From Verrucomicrobiota bacterium (lineage in GTDB: Bacteria; Verrucomicrobiota; Verrucomicrobiia; Limisphaerales; Palsa-1400), in NCBI GenBank assembly GCA_049510745.1, contig JBEKYR010000007.1, forward strand, positions 64,001-128,000: DNA of 64,000 nucleotides, read 5' to 3'. The notes beneath the pieces are model-generated. The model was given only the letters and a program-made list of their open reading frames with translations. It ran no database searches and was not told the origin of the DNA. Shown here in pieces: positions 9,711-19,135 of the stretch; within the stretch, counting starts at the first letter, position 1, and each line of letters starts with the position of its first letter. The position numbers were made by a program, and so were the translations under genes.

Positions 9711-12700
9711 ATGAAACCGCTGATACGCCGCTGCATCGGGTTGCTCGCCCTCCAACTCGCCTCCACCCTTCACGCCCAGCCCATTCTGATCCAGCCGCAG
9801 AACCAGACCATCGGCGGCACCAGCGTCAGCAATCTGCGCATCCTCAAGCAATCGGCCGACGGCACGGAAACCATCTTGATGGTCGATTTTATATACGACG
9901 GCGTCAACGGGCCTTCCGCGCGGGTCTTGCCCGTTATCACCGACAAAAAGGTGCCCAACGTCTCCAGTTGGTTCGGGGCGGACCCCGTCACCATTGGCAG
10001 CGGCCACGGCACCATCTCCTTGCGCGTCAAGTTTTTCAATGATGATCCCGGCGTGCCGCCGCAGGTCACCACCGATCACGTCCGCATCATGATTATGTCG
10101 GACACCGGCAACGCTGTTATCAGCCAGGGCATTTTCTCCAGGACCATCAAGTGGGGCAGTGCCACTGCTCCGGTTGCCACCGCGCCGCCGCCGCCCGCCG
10201 CTACCGCGCCTCCGCCCCAACCCCAAGACCAAGCCAGCCTCCGCGCCCTGGCGGAAGCCCAGCGCATCGCGGAAGAAAAGGCCAGAGCCGAAGCCAAAGC
10301 CCAGCAGGAAGCCAGGCTCAAAGCCGAAGCCGAAGAAAAAGCGCGCCAGGAAGCCGAAGCCAAGCGCCTGGCGGAGGAAAAAGCCAGGGCCGAAGTCGAA
10401 GCCAAAGCCCGCGAGGAGGCCAGGTTAAAAGCGGAAGCAGAAGAAAAGGCCCGGCAAGAAGCCGAAGCCAAACGATTGGCCGACGAAAAAGCCAGGGCCG
10501 AAGCCGAAGTCAAGGCCCGCGAAGAAGCCCGGCTCAAGGCCGAAGCCGAAGAACGGGCGCGCCAGGAAGCCGAAGCCAAGCGGCTGGCCGAAGAAAGAGC
10601 CAAAGCCGAAGCCGAAGCCAAAGCCCGCGAGGAAGCCCGACTCAAGGCTGAAGCCGAAGAACGGGCGCGCCAGGAAGCCGAAGCCCGGCGATTAGCCGAG
10701 GAAAAGACCAAGGCTGAAGCCGAAGCCAAAGCCCGCGAAGAAGCCAGACTAAAAGCGGAGGCCGAAGAAAAAGCGCGCCAGGAAGCCGAAGCCAAGCGGC
10801 TGGCCGAAGAAAAGGCCAAGGCCGAAGCCGAAGCCAAAGCCCAGGAGGAGGCCAGGCTCAAAGCCGAAGCCGAAGAGAAGGCCCGCCAGGAAGCCGAAGC
10901 CAGGCGGCTGGCCGAAGAAAAGGCCAAAGCTGAAGCTGAAGCCAAAGCCCGCGAGGAAGCCCGGCTCAAGGCCGAAGCCGAAGAAAGAGCCAAGGCCGAA
11001 GCCGCAGCCAAACGACTGGCCGAGGAAAAAGCCAAGGCCGAAGCCGAAGCCAAGGCCCGCGAGGAAGCCAGATTGAAAGCCGAAGCCGAAGAAAGAGCGC
11101 GCCAGGAAGCCGAAGCCAAGCGGCTAGCCGAAGAAAAAGCCAAAGCCGAAGCCGCTGCCAAAGCCCGCGAGGAAGCTAGATTAAAAGCCGAAGCCGAAGA
11201 AAAAGCGCGTCAGGAAGCCGAAGCCAAGCGGCTGGCCGAAGAAAAAGCCAAGGCCGAAGCCGAAGCCAAAGCCCGGGAAGAAGCCAGATTAAAAGCGGAA
11301 GCCGAAGAAAAGGCCCGGCAAGAAGCCGAAGCCAAGCGGTTGGCCGACGAGAAAGCCAAAGCCGAAGCCGAAGCCAAAGCTCGCGAAGAAGCCAGACTAA
11401 AAGCGGAAGCGGAAGAAAAAGCCCGCCAGGAAGCCGAAGCCAAGCGGCTGGCCGAAGAAAAGGCCAAGGCCGAGGCCGAAGCCAAAGCTCGCGAGGAGGC
11501 CAGGCTCAAAGCCGAGGCGGAAGAAAAAGCCCGCCATGACGCCGAAGCCAAGCGGCTGGCCGAAGAAAAAGCCAAGGCCGAGGCCGAAGCCAAAGCGTTG
11601 GTTGAAGCCAAAGCTCGTGAAGAAGCCAAAGCCCGCGAGGAAGCCAGGCTCAAAGCCGAAGCGGAAGAAAAGGCCCGCCATGAAGCCGAAGCCAAGCGGC
11701 TGGCCGAGGAAAAAGCCAAGGCCGAAGCAGAAGCCAAAGCCCGCGAAGAAGCCAGATTGAAAGCCGAAGCCGAAGAAAAGGCCCGGCAGGAAGCCGAAGC
11801 CAAGCGGCTGGCTGAAGAAAAAGCCAAAGCCGAAGCCGAAGCCAAGGCCCGCGAAGAAGCCAGATTGAAAGCCGAAGCCGAAGAAAAAGCGCGCCAAGAA
11901 GCCGAAGCCAAGCGGCTGGCCGAAGAAAAAGCCAAGGCCGAAGCCGAAGCCAAGGCCCGCGAAGAAGCCCGGCTCAAGGCCGAAGCCGAAGAGAAGGCGC
12001 GCCAGGAAGCCGAAGCCAGGCGGCTGGCCGAAGAAAAGGCCAAGGCCGAAGCCGAAGCCAAAGCTCGCGAAGAAGCCCGGCTCAAGGCTGAAGCCGAAGA
12101 AAGAGCCAAAGCCGAAGCTGCAGCCAAACGATTGGCCGAAGAAAAGGCCAAGGCCGAAGCCGAAGCCAAGGCCCGCGAAGAAGCCAGATTGAAAGCCGAA
12201 GCCGAAGAAAAGGCCAGGCAGGCCGCAGAAGCCAAGCGGCTGGCCGAGGAAAAAGCCAAAGCCGAAGCCGAGGCTAAAGCCCAGGAGGAAGCCAGATTAA
12301 AAGCGGAAGCCGAAGAAAAAGCGCGCCAGGAAGCCGAAGCCAAACGGCTGGCCGAAGAAAAAGCCAAAGCCGAGGCCGAAGCCAAGGCCCGCGAGGAAGC
12401 CCGACTCAAGGCCGAAGCCGAAGAGAAGGCCCGCCAGGAAGCCGAAGCCAAGCGGCTGGCCGAGGAAAAAGCCAAGGCCGAAGCCGAAGCCAAGGCCCGC
12501 GAAGAAGCCCGATTGAAGGCGGAAGCCGAAGAAAAGGCGCGCCACGAGGCGGAGGCCAAACGGCTGGCCGAAGAAAAGGCCAAGGCCGAAGCCGAGGCCA
12601 AACGGTTGGCCGAGGAAAAAGCCAAAGCCGAAGCCGAGGCCAAAGCCCGCGAAGAAGCCCGCCTCAAGGCCGAAGCCGAGGAGAAGGCGCGCCAGGAAGC

Positions 12701-13784
12701 CGAAGCCAAACGCTTGGCCGAAGAAAGAGCCAAGGCCGAGGCCGAAGCCAAGCGACTGGCCGAAGAAAAAGCCAGAGCCGAGGCCGAAGCCAAGCGGATT
12801 GCCGAGGAAAAAGCCAAGGCCGAGGCCGAAGCCAAACGGATTGCCGAGGAAAAAGCCAAGGCCGAGGCCGAAGCCAAGCGGATTGCCGAGGAAAAAGCCA
12901 AGGCCGAGGCCGAAGCCAAACGGATTGCCGAAGAAAAGGCCAAAGCCGAGGCCGAAGCCAAGCGCCTGGCCGAAGAAAGGGCCAAGGCAGTGGCCACAGC
13001 CCCGCCGGCCCAAGCCGCTCCGGCCCCCAGGAAAGCGGCGTTTGCCATTTCTTCAAAGGCCCGCAGCAAAGTCACCAACATTGACGTTGTGAACCGGAAC
13101 ATCGACCGCACCGAGATGACCATTGCGGTCGAGTATCAATACGCCAAGGATGATGCTTTGCCGAGAATGGGTGTCGATCTGGCCAGCACGGACGAGCCGC
13201 TGGCCTCCGACTGTTTCACCTGCGCTCCCGTCGATATTGGCAAGGGCAGCCGCAATTTCGTCATGTTCCCTGTCAAACTGAACGCCGCCGCCGCCGCGCA
13301 AACCTTCAAACGGGCCACCCTGCCGACCGACAAGGTCTGGGTTTACCTCACCGACGACGCCGGCTTGAAATCCTACATTTTCCAGGGAACCATGCTCCTG
13401 GTCTGGCACATGCCCGGCGGCGCCGCGGCCGCCCCCGCCGCCGCCACTTCCCGCAACACGGTGGAAATCGACAATTTCAAACAGAACGACTATTTCAGCG
13501 GCTACATCACGGTCAAGTACAACCTTATCCCCGCCGGCGGCAAACTCCGCCTCCGCATCCAGGACTCCTCCAACCCCGCCGTCGCCGACTACTTCGCTTC
13601 CGACGACATCCCGGTGAAAGCGGGGCCGGGCCTGCAATTGATCAAGATCGCCGTGCCCAAGGAATCGAAGTCGCCGGACGTGTTTAACGCCGACACCATC
13701 GAAGTCCAACTGCTCGACGACAAGGACGCGGTCCTGACCAGCGCCAAGAAGCAAACGCCGATGAGCTGGGCGAAGCCGAAATAA
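9711..13784 (+). CDS. Secreted protein with a very long TolA-like E/K/A repeat helix and three beta-rich domains
   Basis: Signal peptide MKPLIRRCIGLLALQLASTLHA; repeats cover about 10250-12990; globular ends. Start supported by upstream promoter. Confidence 0.85.
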   Translation: MKPLIRRCIGLLALQLASTLHAQPILIQPQNQTIGGTSVSNLRILKQSADGTETILMVDFIYDGVNGPSARVLPVITDKKVPNVSSWFGADPVTIGSGHGTISLRVKFFNDDPGVPPQVTTDHVRIMIMSDTGNAVISQGIFSRTIKWGSATAPVATAPPPPAATAPPPQPQDQASLRALAEAQRIAEEKARAEAKAQQEARLKAEAEEKARQEAEAKRLAEEKARAEVEAKAREEARLKAEAEEKARQEAEAKRLADEKARAEAEVKAREEARLKAEAEERARQEAEAKRLAEERAKAEAEAKAREEARLKAEAEERARQEAEARRLAEEKTKAEAEAKAREEARLKAEAEEKARQEAEAKRLAEEKAKAEAEAKAQEEARLKAEAEEKARQEAEARRLAEEKAKAEAEAKAREEARLKAEAEERAKAEAAAKRLAEEKAKAEAEAKAREEARLKAEAEERARQEAEAKRLAEEKAKAEAAAKAREEARLKAEAEEKARQEAEAKRLAEEKAKAEAEAKAREEARLKAEAEEKARQEAEAKRLADEKAKAEAEAKAREEARLKAEAEEKARQEAEAKRLAEEKAKAEAEAKAREEARLKAEAEEKARHDAEAKRLAEEKAKAEAEAKALVEAKAREEAKAREEARLKAEAEEKARHEAEAKRLAEEKAKAEAEAKAREEARLKAEAEEKARQEAEAKRLAEEKAKAEAEAKAREEARLKAEAEEKARQEAEAKRLAEEKAKAEAEAKAREEARLKAEAEEKARQEAEARRLAEEKAKAEAEAKAREEARLKAEAEERAKAEAAAKRLAEEKAKAEAEAKAREEARLKAEAEEKARQAAEAKRLAEEKAKAEAEAKAQEEARLKAEAEEKARQEAEAKRLAEEKAKAEAEAKAREEARLKAEAEEKARQEAEAKRLAEEKAKAEAEAKAREEARLKAEAEEKARHEAEAKRLAEEKAKAEAEAKRLAEEKAKAEAEAKAREEARLKAEAEEKARQEAEAKRLAEERAKAEAEAKRLAEEKARAEAEAKRIAEEKAKAEAEAKRIAEEKAKAEAEAKRIAEEKAKAEAEAKRIAEEKAKAEAEAKRLAEERAKAVATAPPAQAAPAPRKAAFAISSKARSKVTNIDVVNRNIDRTEMTIAVEYQYAKDDALPRMGVDLASTDEPLASDCFTCAPVDIGKGSRNFVMFPVKLNAAAAAQTFKRATLPTDKVWVYLTDDAGLKSYIFQGTMLLVWHMPGGAAAAPAAATSRNTVEIDNFKQNDYFSGYITVKYNLIPAGGKLRLRIQDSSNPAVADYFASDDIPVKAGPGLQLIKIAVPKESKSPDVFNADTIEVQLLDDKDAVLTSAKKQTPMSWAKPK
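10250..12990 (+). repeat. Coding tandem repeat: 108-bp (36-aa) units followed by 42-bp (14-aa) units
   Basis: Unit EEKARQEAEAKRLAEEKAKAEAEAKAREEARLKAEA. Same register at 10561/11101 and 12001/12541 (540 = 5x108). Tail of EEKAKAEAEAKRIA units. Confidence 0.95.
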
Positions 13785-13843
13785 GGGCCGGACTTGCAAA
13801 TCAGCGCCGTCGGTTTAGGTTCTGGCAAGCCAGCGTATTGCCG

Positions 13844-14095
13844 ATGAAATCCGACCAGGAGTTAATTGAGGAAATCCAGAGGGAACTGGCGCCCGGCTCG
13901 AGCCTGGGCCGGCAGATCGGCGAGCTGGCTTCGCGCCTGGAGGCGGCTCAAGCGAAGGCGGAGGCACTGCAGCGCGAGAACGCAGCCTTGAAAGCAAAGT
14001 TGCAGGCCGCCGGCCACAAGGAATCCGACATCAGCCAGGAAACCCTTCGCGGCATCGCCGACGTGATGCGCTCCGGGGCGCGGCCCTCGGATTGA
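13844..14095 (+). CDS. Small coiled-coil hypothetical protein
   Basis: 83-aa ORF with heptad pattern LEAAQAKAEALQRENAALKAKL, followed by a terminator. Confidence 0.65.
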   Translation: MKSDQELIEEIQRELAPGSSLGRQIGELASRLEAAQAKAEALQRENAALKAKLQAAGHKESDISQETLRGIADVMRSGARPSD

Positions 14096-14096
14096 G

Positions 14097-14129
14097 CGCG
14101 CCGCCACCCGCGGGAGCGGCGTGGTTTTT
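14097..14129 (+). terminator. Putative intrinsic terminator
   Basis: CGCGCCGC...GCGGCGTG stem followed by GTTTTT. Confidence 0.6.
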
Positions 14130-14213
14130 CCGGGATCGAACTGCTGAACCGCTGATGAGGATGACGAATCGCCTTGAGACTTCCGCAAAAACGTCTATGT
14201 ACCAGCGCTGTTG

Positions 14214-16034
14214 ATGGACCTGATTCACTTAAGTCTCAAACGCGTTGTTGTCGGCAATTACAAAAGCATCAAGCGCATTGAGTTGGATGACTTGAACAAC
14301 ATTGCGCTCCTGATGGGACGGAACAACGCCGGCAAATCCAATTGCCTGGACGCGTTCAAATTTCTCTCCGAAGCCTCCGTGAGCCTCGCGCGCGCCGTCG
14401 CGGTCCGCGGCAGCAGCCTGACCGATGTCATCCATCGCAAACGCGCTGACGAAACGATTGAGTTTCTGCTCGAGTTCGTTCCCGTTCCCCGGAAACGGAT
14501 CGAATTCATCCACCGCCTCTTTGCCGGGAATCAGCACATGTCGGCGGCCGACGCGATCAATTCCGGTTTTCTCTCCTCCTTGATCCTCAAAGTCGCGCTG
14601 GCCCAGGAGAGCTTCAGCGAGGAACTGTCCACTCCCAATGTGGTGGGGGACCGGCCCTTCGTGATTTTTTCCATCCAGGGGACGCCGCACAGCGTGGAGG
14701 CGTCCTGCGGGCAATTGGAGGCCCTGTGCAAACGATGCGGCGGCGAATTGCCGTCCGAGCCGGTGCCGCTGGAGACGAAAGCGGAGGGGTTGGAGCCGTA
14801 CCGATTGCGACTGGGGCGGCCGGAGGCGGCGGGAGCGTTTCCGGTTTCGCAGGAACTGGCCGAGGCGGTCTGGCAACAGTTCGCCCATCTGGAATGGGCC
14901 GATCCGTTGCGCAAAATGCCCACCTCCTCCCCCATCCTCGGCCAGCACACCCTGGCGGCCGATGTGTCCAATCTGCCCGACGTCTTGCACTGGCTCTACA
15001 ACAACAAGCCCAAACAATTCCGCAAGATCGAATCCGAAGTCTCGAAACTGGTCCCGAATCTGGGCAAGCTCTACACCCCGACCCTCCAGAACGCCGCCAC
15101 CCTGGGGCTGATCGACGATGCCGACGAAGACCTGGTGTATTCCATCAACCAGATGAGTTTCGGCACCCGCTCCGTCGTGGCCATCATCGCCAAGATCATC
15201 CTGGCCCAGCCGGGCGCCTGGGTCTGCATCGAGGAACCGGAAACCTACCTTCATCCCAAAGCCCAACTGGGCCTGTTCCACTTCCTGCGCGAGGAGGCGA
15301 AAAACAAACGGATTTTTGTCACGACCCATTCCACCGCCATTGCCGCCTCGTGCCCGCTCCCCTCCCTTTTCATCGTGCAGCGGGACGCCGGGCAATCGAC
15401 CGTGGCCTTGCCGGTCACGCCGGCCGAGGCTTTCGAGGTCATCGAGCAATTGGGGGTCAAGCCTTCCTTCAGCTTCGAGGCGGATGCGATTGTGTTTGTC
15501 GAAGAGGCCGATCATGTGGCGATCTTCGAGGCCTGGGCGCGGAAATTTCAATTCCACATCAAGGTGCAGTTTCTGGACGCGGAAGGCGCCTGCACGCTGC
15601 ATTACCACGCCAATACCCGCATCGCCTTGAGCAAGTTCGTCCATACCCTGGTCTTCGCCGTCTTCGGCAACGGCAGCGAGATGGCCAGCCGCACCCGGAA
15701 AACGATCGTCGAACAATTGCAACTGCCGCCGGAGCAGGTGGTCACGATGGACTTCCCGGAACTGGAAGGCTACCTGCTCGATCCGAAGGCGATTCTCCGC
15801 GCCTTTCCCGCCGTCACCCTTCCGCCGGCGGAGTTGGAAGCGCTCCTGGACCCGGCCCGGACGATGCCGGACCAGAAAAAGGCCTTGAGTGAATTGTTGA
15901 CACAATTCCGAATCGGCGAATACGACAGCCGCCTGGGCGCGCGCATCGCTGAAGCGATGGACGAACTGCCTGCGTGCGTCCGGCAATTGTTCGAGCAGAT
16001 TGACGCCAGCTCCAAACCGTATTGGAAGATTTGA
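14214..16034 (+). CDS. OLD/AAA_15-like ABC ATPase with a degenerate TOPRIM-like C-terminal domain
   Basis: NYKSI, GRNNAGKS Walker A, MSFGT signature, IEEPETYLHP Walker B/D-loop, TTHS H-loop, IVFVEE, ELEGYLL. Confidence 0.8.
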   Translation: MDLIHLSLKRVVVGNYKSIKRIELDDLNNIALLMGRNNAGKSNCLDAFKFLSEASVSLARAVAVRGSSLTDVIHRKRADETIEFLLEFVPVPRKRIEFIHRLFAGNQHMSAADAINSGFLSSLILKVALAQESFSEELSTPNVVGDRPFVIFSIQGTPHSVEASCGQLEALCKRCGGELPSEPVPLETKAEGLEPYRLRLGRPEAAGAFPVSQELAEAVWQQFAHLEWADPLRKMPTSSPILGQHTLAADVSNLPDVLHWLYNNKPKQFRKIESEVSKLVPNLGKLYTPTLQNAATLGLIDDADEDLVYSINQMSFGTRSVVAIIAKIILAQPGAWVCIEEPETYLHPKAQLGLFHFLREEAKNKRIFVTTHSTAIAASCPLPSLFIVQRDAGQSTVALPVTPAEAFEVIEQLGVKPSFSFEADAIVFVEEADHVAIFEAWARKFQFHIKVQFLDAEGACTLHYHANTRIALSKFVHTLVFAVFGNGSEMASRTRKTIVEQLQLPPEQVVTMDFPELEGYLLDPKAILRAFPAVTLPPAELEALLDPARTMPDQKKALSELLTQFRIGEYDSRLGARIAEAMDELPACVRQLFEQIDASSKPYWKI

Positions 16035-16068
16035 ACAATCCGGGTTAGTTTGTGGCGGTCAAAATGCT

Positions 16069-17166
16069 TTGAACTCGAAGTCCACACTGCAACTTTTGCG
16101 GTTCAGCCCGGCGCGCTGGCTGCTGGCCCTCCTGCTGGCCGTTTCGGCCTGGCCGGCCGGCGCGCAGCCTGCCGCGATTTCCGTTTCGAGAGGCGCGGCC
16201 GTGCCGGTTTCGGCCGCGCTGGCCATGCCCGGACCCGCCCCGGATCACCGGCTGGAACTGCCCGCCGTCTTTCGCAAGGCGGCGCCCGCCTCGATGGCTG
16301 ACTTGCAGGCCATCCAGAAATGCGTCGAGGCGCTGGTTCCCCAGGTTTCTCCGGCCGTGGTCGCGGTGGAAGTCGGCGTGGCCAGCGGCAGCGGGGTCAT
16401 CATCTCCGCCGATGGCCTGGTGCTGACGGCCGGGCACGTATGCGAAAGTCCCAATCGCAATGTCCGCTTTGAATTTCCCGACGGCAAAACGGCCAGGGGC
16501 AAGACGCTGGGTCTGGATGACGACGCCGACACCGGCTTGATGAAAATCACGGACCCCGGCCCCTGGCCCCATGTGGCTGTCGGAGATTTGGAGCAGGCGC
16601 GCCCGGGCGATTGGGTGCTGGCGCTGGGCCATCCCGGCGGTTTTGATGTCAAGCGTTCGCTGGTCGTGCGCCTGGGGCGCATCATCCGCCTGGCGCCGGG
16701 CGTGCTGCAAACCGATTGCATGATCAGTCCGGGCGACTCCGGCGGGCCTCTTTTCGACATGCAGGGCCGGGTCATCGGCATCCACACCGCCATCAGCAGT
16801 TCCAGCGCTGAAAATTTCCACGTGCCGATCACCGAATTCTACGACACCTGGAATCAATTGGTTCTGACGCCCCGCGCGGACGGCCGCCCGCGCCCTCCGC
16901 CGGCCTACGCCGGCGTCAGCGTCGTGGATGACGCCGCCGGCTGCCGCCTCCGTGCGATTGACAACAACAGTCCCGCCTCGAAGGCCGGGCTGAAAATCGA
17001 CGACGTGATCCTCAAAGTGGAAGGGCGCACCCTCGCGGCCTCGGCGTCCTTTGCGCGCTGGGTGGCCGAGGCCGGCCCCGGTGAAACGTTGGCTCTGCAA
17101 GTCAAGCGCGGCGACAAACTCCTCTCCTTGAATTTGAAACTCCAACCCCCGCCGCAGAACAACTGA
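16069..17166 (+). CDS. S1C/HtrA-like serine protease with PDZ domain
   Basis: GSGVII, LTAGH, DTGL, GDSGGP; C-terminal PDZ (SPASKAGLKIDDVI). Start codon uncertain (TTG). Confidence 0.88.
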   Translation: MNSKSTLQLLRFSPARWLLALLLAVSAWPAGAQPAAISVSRGAAVPVSAALAMPGPAPDHRLELPAVFRKAAPASMADLQAIQKCVEALVPQVSPAVVAVEVGVASGSGVIISADGLVLTAGHVCESPNRNVRFEFPDGKTARGKTLGLDDDADTGLMKITDPGPWPHVAVGDLEQARPGDWVLALGHPGGFDVKRSLVVRLGRIIRLAPGVLQTDCMISPGDSGGPLFDMQGRVIGIHTAISSSSAENFHVPITEFYDTWNQLVLTPRADGRPRPPPAYAGVSVVDDAAGCRLRAIDNNSPASKAGLKIDDVILKVEGRTLAASASFARWVAEAGPGETLALQVKRGDKLLSLNLKLQPPPQNN

Positions 17167-17173
17167 GAGCCTG

Positions 17174-18217
17174 ATGAATCTCCCGCGTTTCCATCCCGCC
17201 CGCTGGCTGCTGGCCGCCGCGCTCTTGTGGGGCGGTCTGCCCCGGATGGCGCCGGCGCAGGACTTGTCCCTGTATCCCGCCCTGCCGCATTCCCGTTTTC
17301 GCAGCGGCGAAGAAACCTTGGCGGCGTTTGCGCCCGTCTCGGCGGCGGCGCGGGATTCGATCGTGGAAGTGAATGTCGATGGAGACGCGGTGGCGCTGGG
17401 CACGGTCGTCGAGGCCGGCGGGCTGGCCCTGACCAAAGCCAGCGAGATCAAGCCGGGCAAACTGACCTGCTGGCTCGCCGCCGGGAAAGAGGTCGCGGCC
17501 GAGGTGCTCGCCATTGACGAGGACGACGATGTGGCGCTGCTGCGCGTGCAGGCCCAGGGGTTGAAGCCGATCCGATGGGCGGCGCAGAAGGTGGCGGTCG
17601 GGCAATGGGCCATTACGCCCGCCCTGGCCGAAACTCCGCAAGCCGTCGGCATCATTAGCGCCCTGTCGCGCAGAATCCGGCCCGAGCGCGCTTTTATCGG
17701 TGTGGACTGGGACCCCAACCAAAGCAACTCCGTGCCCGAGGTCCACGCGCTCGAACCCGGACTGGGCGCCGAAAAGGCCGGCGTCAAACCGGGCGACGTC
17801 ATCGTGGCTGTCAACAACGAACTGGTCACGACGCGCGAGCGGGTTTCGGAGATTTTGCGCGACTTCCGCGAGGGCCAGACCGTCCAGCTCCGTTTGGACC
17901 GCGACGGCCGGCAGATCGACGCGGAGGTCAAGTTGATGGCGCCGAGATCGGCAGGTTTTGCCCGGCAGCGCAACAATCGCCTGGCGGGCGACACCAGCCA
18001 GCGCGCCGAGGGATTCGACGAGGCCATCGAGCACGACACGGTTCTGCCACCCTGGCTGTGCGGCGGCCCGCTGGTGAACCTGGACGGCGAAGCCATCGGG
18101 CTGAACATCGCGCGGGCCAGCCGGGTCGCGACCTACGCGCTGCCCGCCCCCCTGGCGCAGAAGATACTCCAAACTCTCAAGGCCGCGCCCGCGTCAGCCC
18201 GTCAAACCGGCAAATGA
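17174..18217 (+). CDS. HtrA-like PDZ protein lacking catalytic His/Ser
   Basis: Signal peptide; LTKASE in place of TAGH; inserted PDZ (GAEKAGVKPGDVI); PWLCGGPL in place of GDSGGP. Confidence 0.8.
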   Translation: MNLPRFHPARWLLAAALLWGGLPRMAPAQDLSLYPALPHSRFRSGEETLAAFAPVSAAARDSIVEVNVDGDAVALGTVVEAGGLALTKASEIKPGKLTCWLAAGKEVAAEVLAIDEDDDVALLRVQAQGLKPIRWAAQKVAVGQWAITPALAETPQAVGIISALSRRIRPERAFIGVDWDPNQSNSVPEVHALEPGLGAEKAGVKPGDVIVAVNNELVTTRERVSEILRDFREGQTVQLRLDRDGRQIDAEVKLMAPRSAGFARQRNNRLAGDTSQRAEGFDEAIEHDTVLPPWLCGGPLVNLDGEAIGLNIARASRVATYALPAPLAQKILQTLKAAPASARQTGK

Positions 18218-18238
18218 CTTTGGAGTTTGAAATTTCAA

Positions 18239-19066
18239 TTACTTCCCAAGGTTCGCGTGCAGCACGGCGAAGGTCCTTAAAAACCAAGCCATCTCGTTGC
18301 GCTTGCTTTCGACCGTGGCCACAACGTCCGAATGCGACAGCACTCCGGTTTTTTCGTCGCCGCCGGCCTTGTTGGTGATGCAGGAAACGCCCACCACCGC
18401 CAGGCCGCATTGCCGCGCCACGATCGCTTCCGGCACGGTGCTCATGCCGACGGCGTCGGCGCCCAGGCGGCGGAAGGCGCGGATTTCCGCGGGCGTTTCG
18501 TAGTTCGGGCCGGACACGGCCAGGTACACGCCCGTGCGCAACCGGAGCCGGCTGGCCTTGGCCGCTTTCTTGGCCACCTCGATCAGGCGCCGGTCATAGA
18601 CCCGCGTCAGATCGACAAACTGCGGCAGGCCCGGATAAGTCGGCCCGCGCAACGGATTGGCCCCCATGAAATTGATGTGGTCGTCCAGCGCCATGAAGTC
18701 GCCCGCGCGGAACGAGGTGTTGACCGCGCCCGCCGCGTTGGTCAACAATAAAGTCCGCACCCCGAACTCCGCCAGCACCCGCACCGGAAACGTCAGCCGC
18801 TCCATCTCGTGCCCCTCGTAGTAATGCGCCCGCCCCTTGAGCACGACGACCGGGACCGTCTCGAATTTGCCAAACACCAGCTTGCCCGCGTGGCCGGTCA
18901 CGCCGACCGTCGGAAACCCGGCAATCTGGCTGTAGGCAATCTCGCGCGCCACCTCCAACTCGTCCAGGGCGTGCTGGAAACCGCTGCCCAGCACCATGCC
19001 CAGCGCGGGCCGGAGCGGCGTTTCTTTCTTCAACTGCGCCGCCGTCGTTTTCGGATCAAAACTCAT
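18239..19066 (-). CDS. punA: Purine-nucleoside phosphorylase (trimeric family)
   Basis: LGSG, GHAG, GRAHYYEG, TNAAG, DHIN, GPNYETPAE, VGMSTVPE. Confidence 0.93.
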   Translation of the reverse strand: MSFDPKTTAAQLKKETPLRPALGMVLGSGFQHALDELEVAREIAYSQIAGFPTVGVTGHAGKLVFGKFETVPVVVLKGRAHYYEGHEMERLTFPVRVLAEFGVRTLLLTNAAGAVNTSFRAGDFMALDDHINFMGANPLRGPTYPGLPQFVDLTRVYDRRLIEVAKKAAKASRLRLRTGVYLAVSGPNYETPAEIRAFRRLGADAVGMSTVPEAIVARQCGLAVVGVSCITNKAGGDEKTGVLSHSDVVATVESKRNEMAWFLRTFAVLHANLGK

Positions 19067-19135
19067 CGTTGTGCCGGGATTATTGGCTCAGGTCCGCCGC
19101 CGAGCGCAATTCTTTTCGTGCGGCGCAATTGCGAG

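Noticed and set aside
10076..13123. Long Ala/Ser-rich and Phe/Gly-rich minus-strand ORFs, and a possible CRISPR-like array
   Set aside because: These are antisense shadows of the coding 108-bp repeat; there are no unique spacers and no cas genes.
14118..14176. AACCGCTGATGA resembling a fluoride riboswitch
   Set aside because: The GGCGATGG...CGCC pseudoknot order is absent, the upstream part is a terminator, and the downstream gene is not fluoride-related.
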